Source: Phoronis australis (taxonomy: Eukaryota; Animalia; Phoronida). Taken from it: a DNA stretch of 64,000 bases. A program made the translations under genes and the position numbers. This document shows, piece after piece, positions 1 through 13,100 of the stretch (the first letter of the stretch is position 1; the number at the start of each line of letters is the position of its first letter). The stretch spans positions 1 through 64,000 of the forward strand of contig NMRA01000533.1 of the NCBI GenBank assembly GCA_002633005.1, written 5' to 3'. The notes beneath the pieces were generated by a model. The model did no database searches. It worked only from the letters and a program-made list of their open reading frames with translations, and was not told where the DNA came from.

Positions 1-1027
1 GGTGGGAGTGGAGGAGTGGATGGACGAGATAAAAAGACGCAGACGCATGCTACTGATGGTGGTAACGTTTTTTTTTTAGTCCTACCGATTTTTGTCGGCG
101 AAAGGTTCACATTGACTATTTCAAGGCTGGGTAGCGCGCATGTTTTGGGCCGTAAAAGTTTCCGCGTTTTTTGTCATTGGTCATTCCAAGCCCTGTATTA
201 TGTCATTTGATAGCAAATACCTTTAGAGTATAAAGATTCTGTGAAGGCATAGACTATTGTACATAGACCAACAACTCCGTATATTTTCAATGGACGAAAT
301 TTGTGATCTTACCCATAACACATGATGTCATTATTCGCTATCGACACCTAGCAAAATTAGCAAGTTTTACTTCTGGCAAATGGGTTGTCTGCTAATGGTG
401 GTCAGCTTTTGTGTGATCGGGTGCCAAAAGTACTCACGATGCCAACAGTTCTGCTATTAGAGTACTTTGAACAGCGTTTCAATGCCGAAATTATTATTTT
501 TTTTATTGCACTGGACAGTAATATAGATGCGAGAATTTCCCGTCACAATACACTAAGCAGAAACTGAAATTGGTAATTTAGAAGAGCTCTGCCTCCTCTC
601 GGATAGTACGCAAGAAAATGTCGGAGTTGGGAATCTGTTGTCTATAATCTATGGTGAAAGTGGACTTCCTATGGTTGAGAGTATCTAGAATGCAAACATT
701 TTTAAGTCTGGTCTGCACACCACATGTTGGTCTTATCAGATGTTCATAATGTTCTTTGGAATGTTGATGGGATTTGAGAATTTATTTTTTATTGTTCACA
801 TTTATTGTCAAGTTTTTTACTTATTTACGGACATTAATTACTGCAACTGGCAGTGTTACCATTGAAAATTCCAGCTTCCGAAATATTCTTAACAAAAGAC
901 ATTATCTTAATCATCAAAGTTACAAGGAGAAGTTTTTATCTCCTACGCCAAGTTTTATGTTTTTAACGCACTTCGAAAAAACAAAGTTATGAGTAGTAGT
1001 CATCAGACAATCCTATCTCTGCCGCAG

Positions 1028-1183
1028 GTGACGGGGAAAGCTAACTGGAAGCAGATTGCCTGCGCCGTGACAACATATGTGGACCGTCCTAGCATTTGTT
1101 TGAAAAGTTTGGATTTGCTGTATCAACTGATGCGTAACGAAGACGAAGAAGTGTCCACCGAAGCGCAGCTAGCATTGAGCGCA
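1028..1183 (+). CDS. ZER1: ZER1 exon (VTGKANWKQIACAV...QLALSA)
   Basis: cag|GTG acceptor, GCA|gtaaga donor, 52 codons; resembles the ZER1 segment VSGDKNEEQVLNAI. Confidence 0.8.
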
Positions 1184-4100
1184 GTAAGATAGACACATTT
1201 ATATCAGAACAAACGTCGGGTAAATTTTTACCCGAGACCGAGCTGTGTTCTGGGATAGTTATTACATTAAAACACATCTCGATATCTAGTGCTTCTCTGC
1301 AGATGGGCACGAGCTGTTTTCAACTTTTCTTGTGGTGGTTTCGCGCTGCCTATCTTTTCAGGGATGATGTTTTACTGCTATTTTATCTTATCTTACTTTG
1401 TGTGGTCTTAGTATAACTCGACAGTAGTGCCATTCTGGGGCAGAGTTTGATAAAAACAATATGACATGAATGCTTCGTTATGTCACGACCTCTACTACCG
1501 TGTCTCATTACTCACTGAGGTCTCGTTTTTTATTTCTTGTCTTCGATGATGGTACTGTACATTCGAAGTACTGCGGTCTAATATAATTTTAAGACAGTTT
1601 TCTATTGTTTGTTCTTTTAACGATGTCACTTGGGGACAATACAAGAAATGCAGAAAGAAGTTGTCTAACAACGAATGTTGTATCACTTTTTAACGAACTC
1701 TGTCCAGTAATAATGAATGACCATGACTTTCTAAGACTGCTCTGAGGTAGTGGCATGTTATAACTATTATTAAAACCTCTTAGTCTATTTAATTGTCACG
1801 ACATTTTGGTTGGTCTATTCTCCAGCCATCGTCAGGTGTTCCTGCTTTCTTAGAAGAACGAGCAGGGAAATGTGGTACACTCATCATGGTGTGGACATGC
1901 CTTGGACAAAAATCACACCATGATGAGTGTACCTCATATCCCTGCTTGTTCTTTTAAGAACGCAGGAACACCTGACTGTGGCAGGATAATAGACCGACCA
2001 AAACTTCGTGACAGTGTAAATAGACGAGAGGTCAGTGTAAATAGACCAAAAGATTTTAATAATAGTTGCAATCAATGGCCAACTACATTAACCTCTGGTC
2101 TCCCTTTTATCTCCGGAAATGAGCTTGCAGTGCACGATATATGTCTAATCGAAATGTAGAACATAATTAATTTCCTTTAACGTTTCTGTTAATTTCTTTG
2201 AAAGAAAGCTTGAAAATGGCCACCAAACTGCTTTTCTCGTGTCTTTCATGGGTGGATCTCTTCAAGACTTTACATTCAATGTGGTAGGAAATAAGTAGGA
2301 ATGAACTTGATAATACTGTTATTCCTTTTGTATGGAATGACTGTAAACATTCTCTTATTCCTTTCAACGTTTGGAGAATAGTGCACCAATCGTCCTACAT
2401 GTTTATAACTTAAGCTTGCCTGTGCTTAAATTTGTCACGAGAATCACGATCTGTTCTGTACAGTTGTACCCTGTACAGTACTTGGTCAAAGCCAAGATCT
2501 GCCGCGACATTAAACAGTCACTGTGGTATGTGTCACCAAAATGCCTGTTGTAGAGAAACAATATAGTTTCGCCGATTTGATCGGAGATATTTTGTTTAGA
2601 GCTGCAATAGTCTCAGTTCTGTTCAGGCCCACATTCAGGGTCATGTACTGTAGTTTGTCTATGAAATCAAAAAAGTTCTTTTTTACAGAAAGCGAGTTTA
2701 TAATTATCCACTTGAAATTATGTACCTCCCTACAAAAAATTACAAATTTGGAAGGTCATATCTTAAAAATAGGTCATCGTATTTGTATGGATTATTAATG
2801 GAACATTCACGCACTGCTTCATGCGCCGTTCTCCAAGCCACTGTCACGTGTCACGATTTGTTTTTAAAATTTTCCACTTTTGCATGAGATGCTTTCAAAA
2901 ATAGGACTAAAAGTTGCAGAAAAGAAAATGGAGTTGAGATTTAGGAAACTCTTATGATGTTTTGATATGTCATCTTGTATGTTTATAATAAATGAATCGA
3001 TAATTTTGTTTTGCTATTGGCGTACCAATCCTTTCTCTCAAATTTTTAACAGAAATTCATGACCGTATGACCCAATTGATGTACGATTGGTAAAAATTTG
3101 AAAATAGAATTGTCCAAACTTTCCGTTTTCAGAAAATGTTTCCTTTTACTAAATGTAAACATAATTTGAAAAACAAATCTGACTAGTTGATTAAACAGAA
3201 CTTTGTTTTTTCTAGAGTCATTCTCTAGTTACAAGTTTCACTGAAGATAGATAATGAGGACCATTAAGAATTATATCATGCTTATAACTACACAGCCAAA
3301 CATTAATACAAGCATTTTTCAGAGTATGGAATGAACATTCACACAACTTACTTTTCGCAGAAAGTTGAGTTCTATGATCATGTCCTGATGACTGTTGCAG
3401 GCATTGGTAAACTAGATGAGATTGTAGATTTATTTAATTTTACTCTGTGTATTTGATTTACTAGGCTGCAGTTACTGCAATGGAACGACATCCTAAAGAC
3501 GTTAATATTCAGAACAGTGGCAGGTGAGTCAAAATTTCATGCAAAATTAGACTTTCGTTCGACAAAGTTTCAGTGTGAGAAATTTTTTCTCAATTTGCAT
3601 TTCAGGCTGTTAATTACTTTGTGAAATGATCTGGATTAATTTTTATCTAAATTCATTTTTGAAGATGGGTCTGTTTTTGTGTTTGACCTGTGAAGTGGTA
3701 TTTTGCTGATTGAACTATGAGACTACACTTTGCTTCTTTTCTGTATGTGGTCGCGAAAATCGTTAGAGCCACATGGAGAACTCGAGCATAAGTTGCGTTG
3801 ACAAACTTTATTCGTTTCTTTCTTATAGTTACTCGGTTCAACTGTAACATACAAAAAAAAAACGTTCTATGAGACAATTGAACAATACGTTCGTCATTTA
3901 CAAAGTTACAATACTAATATTAAACATTGCATATATTCTTATTCGGACAACGTCAAACTACTAGAGGCAACGCTAATTAAAGTTACAGAGTACGCGTTAC
4001 AATTACGTTGAAGTACTGACTACATACTGTAACAAAACTAAGTACAAAATACTTACACCTATTTGCGGCATAGATCACAACTAAACTCAAAACTCAAGAT

Positions 4101-7100
4101 ACATGTAAGGACGTTGAAGCCCGAATGAGCTAAGCTGGCACGCGTTACAGCTATAAACTATGGTGTGCCGAGCAGTTATACATATGCAAAATTCTATTGA
4201 AGAATTAGTCATGTGGAAAATATACGCGGTAGAAGCTGGAGAGCAAACACATAAACCACCAACAGATGGCGAATATAGTCAGACTACAAACACAAGAGTG
4301 CGTCGGCACTTACACTGTACTTTGACGTACAGTTTTGGATTTCTGATTGTTAGAAACTCACGGTACCTTTTACCTTGTCAATAGATATTGTACATGAACC
4401 ACTGTTGTCAAGAAGCCAGTTTATCAGGAAATTTGATTTGTTTCCAGCTGGGTGGAGTAGAACAACTGCCGCATTAGCAATGACGTCTGTTCACTGCAAT
4501 AAAACAATGGCTGAAATAAATTGATTTCTCGCATGACCTGGACTGTGTTACGGCATGACTGGTATTTTTTTGATATTACATGGGCGAATCACAAAGTAAT
4601 GCAAAGTAGAAGTCCGCACGCCTTACATGTTATCGTCTGCAAAACACTAAAACAACCAAACGTGCGCCAACCAAACAATGCCGGAATTCCGAGAAGCTGA
4701 CAAGGTTATGATTGACAAATCGAGTTTTGCAACTGTACGTACTCCCAGTCAGAAGGACATGCAGAAAACGACTTCTTAAACGGACTCATATTTGGTGGTG
4801 AATTTCATATCCATGATCATTCAAACAGAGACGAGCCCCAACTCAAGAAACACAAGACTGTTTAGCTGGGCTGTCTCAAGGTCAATTCCGTGCTCATGCA
4901 CAGGGATGCCTTGCTGACTGTTATTTATAAATATTTTTTAAGTTTAAGCATTACATTTTCAAAGACTATGTAATAGATTTTAACTTGAATATTTGCTACA
5001 AAAGCTGAATGCAATTTATTGTTAAGCTTAAAATTAACTAAACTGATTTACTTTACATTGCGCAAGCGTGTTCTTACATTTTGTGGTTGCAAGTTGTAGA
5101 CATGTCGAGTTTTTCAGCATAAAAGATCGTTTTTACGGTTCATGTGAGAAAACATATCCTACACTCGTCTCAGATTTATGACATGGGCAAAACCTCTTGG
5201 AAGTTTCGTCAAAATACCTCGGCAAGCCTCAAAAGTTTGACGAAGTTTCCAAGAGAATTTGCCCATGTCATAAACCTGAGACTCGTGTAGGATTCTAGAC
5301 GAAAACCAGAGATTTTTGGATTTGTCAGGCTTCTGAAATTAATTATTAAATTCCTCGTCAGCAGTAGTGGCTAGGATTATGTTCACACAAAGCGATATGA
5401 TTAGAATTAGCCAAAATAGATGCGGTAGGTATCAGTTCTCTGGTACCCATTGATGGTAGATAATTGGCCTGCTAGTCGCAGTGTTGGACACAAAAGCACA
5501 GTAACGCTTAACAATGGACTAGATTGGTATCAGGACCTAGTGTAGATTTCAGGGCTTGGAATTTTACTCTTTTAAGTGGATTTTCTCTTTTTTGGATTCA
5601 ATTTCCTCTTGATATTTGATTTCCAATTTCCTCTTTTTTCTTATCTTTTTATCATTTTTACTTTATTCAGGCAAAACATTTTTTTCAGTTAAATTTTGCA
5701 AGTTCACAAAAAATATTTCTGTCACTCAAGACTGGAAAATTTTCCTCTTGGTTGCCATCGGTCATTCCAAGCCCTGCGATTTAGAAACTGCTGTTGTCTG
5801 GAGAGTTTTTTTGTGATGAATGTAATCACATTGTGCCATTTTGCTTTCAGTGCATCGTTCTACTTCTTCACCAGGCAAGAGGACAACGAAACCCGCCCAG
5901 TTTATCCAAAGAAGTTCATGGAAAGACTGATTCGCTGTGTTCTGCATGCTGTCTCCAGATTTATGAATGATAAGACAGTAAGTGTTACACTGTTTTCACA
6001 GTCATAGCAACTAATTTCCTGAGCTATCTATTTGCGCACGTTAACCTTGAGGTTCAGTGCATCTTCATTCATGGCAAATTTTAGTGTGTATTCATCCACT
6101 AATGTTCAAACTATGGATTTTGAATCGTCATTTAAAGTATATGTGGGTATTCTTTATGATCCTGCATAATAAAGTCAAATTAATAAAAGTATTATTGAAC
6201 AATAAAGACATTTCTATTGTAACATGTACAACCCATTTCATGTTAATAGGCCGTTGTAGGTTTTCCCGCGTTTCGAGAACCAGTTTTCTACACTGAATAA
6301 CAGTCATTGAACTGGTTCTCAAAATCTGAGTCCCCTCTGAATGACTGTTGCCATTTCACTCCTAAAAGATTATGGCGTAAAGTCTGTCAAATTTTTGAGA
6401 CTAATTATTAACACTTTTGGACTACTAGTAAACAATTTTGGGACTGCTAGTAAACAATTTTGTACTACTAGTAAACCATTTTAGATATCATTCTTACTTC
6501 CATTGCCGCTTAATTTTCTACAAAATCAATTGTTTTGTTCATGCCTTTGTCTTCATTGGCATGCTTATTTTAAATTTTATAGTTTTGTGTAATTTCTACG
6601 TCTTTCAGTTTGTACCAGTTGTGTATTATGCTGTCTCGTATCATGCTGTGTTTTTGTATTGTGTTGTATTCAATTTTCATTGTATCAGTGGATCTACAGG
6701 CTATGCGGTACTTCACCGTCAATTCTTAGCCAAATATCTGCAATTATATTACTAGGATTTAACACCGCAGAAGTATTATTCTCTGAAAGTAGCAATTCCG
6801 TAGAAGTTGACTGTCGGCTCTCTACGCATCTGCTTCTAATTATGCCACGTGACTGCTTTTTTAAGAAAATTTAGCTCGAAGGAATGATACATTCGCTGTA
6901 AAACAACAGGATCTCTAACATGACCAAATTTTGCATGATACAAATGTTTCATGATAAAATCTCTAATGCCTGGTTTTCTAAATTCTTTTTGTTTTAATCC
7001 AACTATTTTTGATTTACATTTTTAAAGTAATCAATTACATTGTTTTGGAGAAAAATGTATAAAGCATACTGTCGGAATGTTTCATGTGACCAGCATTTGT

Positions 7101-10100
7101 GAGATACGATGTTCTTAAATCAACCAATTCTATCTGTCATTCTGTTGCAGATTATATTCAACTGTTGCTTCACCTTATGCCAATTAGACATTCCCGCCGA
7201 CATCCAGTTCGAGTACGAGTACACGGTGCAAGTGCTTGTGGCTCTGCTACTTCGACCAGGGGTGGACGATCTTGTTCTGAGGATCTGTGCTTTCTTGATC
7301 AACAAACTTTCCTGCCACGTAACCGGTGCCGAGAAGGCTCTTATTGGGGCTGTGGGTGGAATTCAGGTAACCATGGGAACAGTGATTTTCGATCCTGGAA
7401 ATCTTAAGTACATTTTGGTTGAATGACACTCTACACTACTTTTATTGGGCAGTGAAAGATACTGGAAGATATGAATCTACACTACTTTTATTAGTGAAAG
7501 ATACTGAAAGGTATGAATCAAGAAACAAAAGTGATCATTTTTGTACCAATTAAGTCAATTGATACTGGGTTGTTCAGCTTGTTTGTGTCAAAAATTCTGC
7601 CTTCTATGAATACTGTGTGGGCAACAGTCAAATGATGTAAAGTATGTTTGCCTCCCAGTGGAGTCATGTTTTGTTGAGAAGCATTCTCCATATGATAATT
7701 AAAAAAAAAACATTCCCCATGTGATAGTTAAAAAGGAAGCACGCCCCTCATGATAATTAATAACAAAGCATGCCCCATATGACAATTGAAAAGAAGCATG
7801 TCCCATGTGATAATTGTAAATGAAGCATTCCCCAAGCATGTCCTATAATTTAACTATTGCTGTTTGATTTCAGGCCTTAACCGAGTTGATATCGGATCGT
7901 CTGCTAACAGAAACCAGCGATGAAGTGATGACCATGAGCTGGAGCGCCCTCTGGAATGTAACAGGTACTGAAGGCGAAGCGCAAGTTTTTACTGTTCTCA
8001 AAAATACCGTTGATGCACTTGTCCATTGAAAATGTCACTGCATTTGGAGTATTTCAGTGAGTCAACCACCATGATTTACTTTGTATTTACTGTCAGCAAC
8101 AACTGCACATCACAACCGTAAATTATCACAACCGTGAATTATCACAACTGTGAATTATCACAACCTTGAATTATCAAAACCGTAAATTATCACAAGCGTG
8201 AATTATCACAACTGTGAATTCAGTATCCCAAAAATGAGAAAATAGAAAACAACTTATTTTAATTAAAAGTTTCCAAGTTCCATGGACATGAGTGCGATGT
8301 ATGAGTGTACCCAGTGCCATGGACATGAGTGTGATGTATGAGTGTACCCAGTGCCATGGACATGAGTGTGATGTATGAGTGTACCCAGTGCCATGGACAT
8401 GAGTGTGATGTATGAGTGTACCCAGTGCCAGTGTGTCATGTCCACCAACACAGAGGAGTTTCTTGTGCAAACTTGTGTCATATCTGCACTTCTCTGATGT
8501 TCTGCGAGAAAGTGAAAATAGCCGCAGCATGCTGACATATTGAGTTGTCATAGTTACCACAAATGTAACGACTTATCGTAAACCACAAGAAATCAACTGC
8601 AATATCTGATGTTAGGTAGACTGTTTGCCGGTGTTCTAATTTGACAGCTGATCAACTAGTGAGGTTTTTTTTATATGAATTTGGCGATTCTAAGCACTAA
8701 TGAGACTTGTCTAGAGAAGTCAACTTGCCCTACCTCTTGTGTTGCTCAAGCAGGTCGCATAACAGAGGTTGGTACATGTCAGCAGAGAAATGGCAATTGT
8801 GTTGCGTTGTATTACTTTTTTGTGTGTTATAGCTGACCACTTTTCGTCAAACAAACAATGAAAAAGATCATGTTTCAATCGTGGTGAATTTAGGTTTTAT
8901 AGTGTGCAATGTCTAAAATGATCAGGAGAGAATAGTGTCGTGTACTGGCAGCAGTTATGACTCACGGCCATCTCTGTTCCCAAATCCCTAAACGAGATTA
9001 GCCAGTCGTAAAAGTCTAGGCCTTGTGGTATGTGGCTGTGAACTGTGAGATGCGTTTGTTGTTGTTGGTTGGCAAATAAGATGCAGCTCCCAATGGCTAA
9101 CCTTATCACTTGTCTAGTGCATTGTTTTGAAACTAAATTGGAAAGATTTTGATAGTACTTGTACTTGATATATTGTGATGAACTTTGACCTACTCTGAGC
9201 AACATCTATGAATTAAACTGTTGTTGTTGGTGTGAAATGGTTGTGTCAACTTTTAGTAGTTCCTGCTTTTTAATAGACTTTCATCTCGCTTTCTACTTTA
9301 TTTCGGAGTTTTTGTTTCTCTGAGGCAGACCTTTTTGTTTACTCGTTTGAGCCCCCCGAGCCCCCCCTCCCTGGGTGTGCGCATGTAGAAAGACCATCGC
9401 GTAAGATTTGGAATAGGATTTTTATAGTGTGTGATGAAGTTTTACGCTGTCCTTTTTATTTTGAATACACCAGTTGAATTTTGCTTTGTAAAAAATTTCC
9501 GTGACTTTTTGGGTTGAAGTCTGTAATCACTCTTTCCACACATTATTGCAAAATGAATAAGGTTGCTGGGCCAGTCACCGTTTTCTGCAGCACATTAAAT
9601 TCCAAGCTTGGAAAATCTAGCCTCATCGTAACCATGGTAACCGTATGTGTGCATGGTTGAGTGAGGCTGTCGATCAGTGGCATACTTTAAGCTCTCTTGT
9701 CACTTTCATGAAGTAGTCTTGGAGTTCTCTGGTACCCATTGTAATCAAGTGTTTTAGAAGCTCTTCAACCGTGGTAGATAATTGACTTGGTAGTTGTCAT
9801 ACTGGACATGAGCACGGGCACGCTTAACAATGGGCTCAATGGATGTCTGGTCATCCCTCGATTTAGAAACCGCTGTCGTCTGGTAGTTGAAGCCAAGCGG
9901 TGTTTTGTTTAGCCATGAGCGTTCACGCTCCCTTGTTCGACACACAAACTAAATGATAGCTTTGAATTTTTTAGATGAAACTTCGCTCAATTGTCAACGA
10001 TTTATGGACAGTGATGGCATGGACCTTTTCCTGAACTGCCTGCAAACGTTTCCAGAGGATGATGACCTCCGTCGAAACATGATGGGACTCATGGTGAGTT

Positions 10101-13100
10101 GCAAAACGCGAGCTGTTTTGTTTCTCCACATGCAGTGTCTGCGTAATTTTCTCGCATAACAGTTCTGCTAACTTTAAGCAATTGGTGGAGGTTTCGAGAG
10201 AAACTGTCGATGTTGCCGGGGAAATCATTAGGGTATAATCACTAGATCCTAAACAAATCGGAAATTTAGTATGAAATTCTGGTTTTCGGCAAGAGAAATT
10301 CACGCAACATTTGTATGAAGGACAGTTAGCTAGATATTTGTTCCGAGCAAAAGCCATAGGTTCGAATCCCACTGAACCCTATTGCTAGACCATTCAGTCA
10401 GGTGTCTAGATCCTCAGCTCGGTCTTATTTGTGTAACTTGTATGCGTTCACTATTGAATGGGAAGTGGCTTGAGGTGTGCAGTGCAGTGGGCGTGGCGGT
10501 GCAGTGGGCCCAGCAGAGCAGTGGGCCCGACAGTGCGGTGGGCCCGACAGTGCGGTGGGCCCGACGGTGCGATGGACCCGACGTGCCGTGGGCCCGACAG
10601 TGCGGTGGACCTGGTGGTGCAGTGTGCCCTGCGGAGCAGCCTGTGCATGTCTAATGCTACCTGTATCAGACCCCCTAGACAATTTTTTTGTTATATATAT
10701 TTTGTATATAACAAAAAATAATAAAATATGGTTATGTTGTAATTGTCAGAACTGTTCCTAGCAGCCGTCATAGTTATTTATGTTGGTAATATAATCACTG
10801 AGCGAACTGAAATGTGTCCGAATTTTGAAAAGTTGAATGTTAATGACCATACCCTGATATGATCAAATTCGGCAACTGCATAGTTATGTACTCACTACTT
10901 GATAGGTCATGATAACGAAGGCTTGGTAAGTACTGTGGTAGCACTGAGTTTAGAAAAGCTGAACATTTTTAATGTCAGCTTTGTCGCTTTCGAATTTGGT
11001 TGCACTGGACAATCCCGACAATGTAGTGCTTTTATAATGCATTCGACTTTCAGGGAAATATTGCTGAAGTGAAAGAGCTGAGACCGCAGCTGATGCAGAC
11101 ACAGTTCGTTGAAGAGTTCAGGTACGTCTAGGGTCACCTGTGATGAGCCCACCATAAGCATATGTAGCACCTGAATAATGTCCAATTTGGCTTACTTCGA
11201 AACATCATGTCTCAGAAATGATCTGATTGGATTTGCATTGAAACTTTCAGATAGTATGTTTTATGCAATGGTCTTTAAAACACTGTTTTAAAATCCTTTT
11301 GCATGAGAGGTGATCAAAATTTATGGTTTTTATGATTTTCATGCCAATAATCTACTTTAATTTGCATAAGACGAAAACTGTGACCATTGGCGGATTAAGA
11401 GGGGGGCCAAGGGGGCCATGCCCCCCTCCCGANNNNNNNNNNNNNNNNNNNNNNNNNNNNNNNNNNNNNNNNNNNNNNNNNNNNNNNNNNNNNNNNNNNN
11501 NNNNNNNNNNNNNNNNNNNNNNNNNNNNNNNNNNNNNNNNNNNNNNNNNNNNNNNNNNNNNNNNNNNNNNNNNNNNNCCCCCCCCCCAAATAAAAATCCT
11601 GGATCCGTCCCTGGTAACAGCATATTGGCGTAAAATTTTGCTGACAGTTGTACATCATGTGTGTCCTTCACACACAATAGGCATTTTGAAATTGACATGC
11701 AAGGTCAGTGAAAACAGCTATTTGTGAACCTTGCGTAGTCATACAAACATCCCAGTTGGTTTGTGTATTAAAGTAAACATAGCCTAACATTGAGTTTATG
11801 GTCCTCATTGAGAAGGTAGTTGATTTATTGACCCAAATGGATAGCTGAATAGCTGAGCCGAGAATATTAGTCTTTGGCATTTGTCAGATATAACATTCCT
11901 GCATTTTGAGAACCAGTTTTCTCCACGGAATAATGGGAATCAAACTGGTTCTCAAAATATTGGCACCTTGTATCCGACCATTGCCTTAGTACACACAATT
12001 AGAACACAGGGGTAGGTGAAGCTCTGCCTGGCTATGCCAGGAGGTACATTCAGTATTTTGAGGGACAGCTGTCCTCATAAATTTTAGGTACTATGGACGA
12101 ACTTTGAATTATTTTAATTGGTAGAATAAATGAATCACAACATTATAAGTGCTAACAAATATTATGCTTCGAACTACAAAATACATCATTTTTGTTAGAA
12201 TGGAACATGTGAATGCCAAGTCATTCATACAAGACAGGTGAATAAAGTTGATAATGTGACTGTGAAGACCTGCTTGTGACTTGCAAAAGAGTCGCACAAT
12301 ACCTCAGCTTCACAAGCCCATCAATGTAACTGTTCCTAAAAGAATGACCTTGAACTTGGAGATCATAGCTGTGTCATGCCAGGAGCTGCAATCGCTATCA
12401 CACCATTTTGTGTAATTACTCAGATTAAGGTATACACTGTGAGGCAAATGCTCACATGATTTTGCGCCAGAATGATGTCAGACCTGGATTTATTATGCTT
12501 GATACCGTATAACCACTCAGTGAAGGCTCAAGTGATGCAGCTCAGGAACAGATTGGGCAAAATTTTTTCTATAGGGGCATCTGGTCATAATTATTTTGGC
12601 ATGTACACGTAGTGTGAGAATAGTTTACTCTTACGCATGTTTTATTATTTACGTACAGCAATTTACTAGAGTCGACAAGAGATGGCATCGAAGTGTCATA
12701 CAACGCTGCTGGAGTACTGTCACACTTGTTGTCAGATGGCGCTGATGCCTGGGTCATAGACCACCCGAAGAGGAGTGATGTCGCCACGAGAATAGTGGCT
12801 GCCATAGAGCGATGGGACTTGTCATCGTCTAGAAACATCAACTACAGGTGGGTTCTATAACAGGGAAAGATACTCAACGCTTCTTTTTCATTATATGTTG
12901 AAGGCTGGTAGTCATTGGTCACTAAACCTACGTTGTACCGCATGGCTGATCCAGTGCCTGCGAAACAAAATGCTTGTTTTTTTTTCTACATACCAAATTT
13001 GTGTATAAGGTAAATTACATAATCGTCACTAATTGACATTTACATAGTTCTCCAAAATTTTGGATTTTGTTTCCTTCTTTGAATTCCTGCATTTCTTGTC

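Noticed and set aside
8174-8560. His/Thr-rich repetitive ORFs on the minus strand
   Set aside because: They are translations of a 37-bp intronic minisatellite
10355-10380. tRNA gene suggested by GGTTCGAATCCC
   Set aside because: Only a T-arm/B-box is present; no cloverleaf could be folded; at most a SINE relic
10382-10761. Cluster of Cys/Gly/Pro-rich ORFs in several frames; superficially CRISPR-like repeat
   Set aside because: A 17-bp GC-rich tandem repeat with no unique spacers, inside a eukaryotic intron
11139-11176. Intronic C/D snoRNA (TGATGA...CTGA)
   Set aside because: The boxes are only ~30 nt apart and there is no terminal stem
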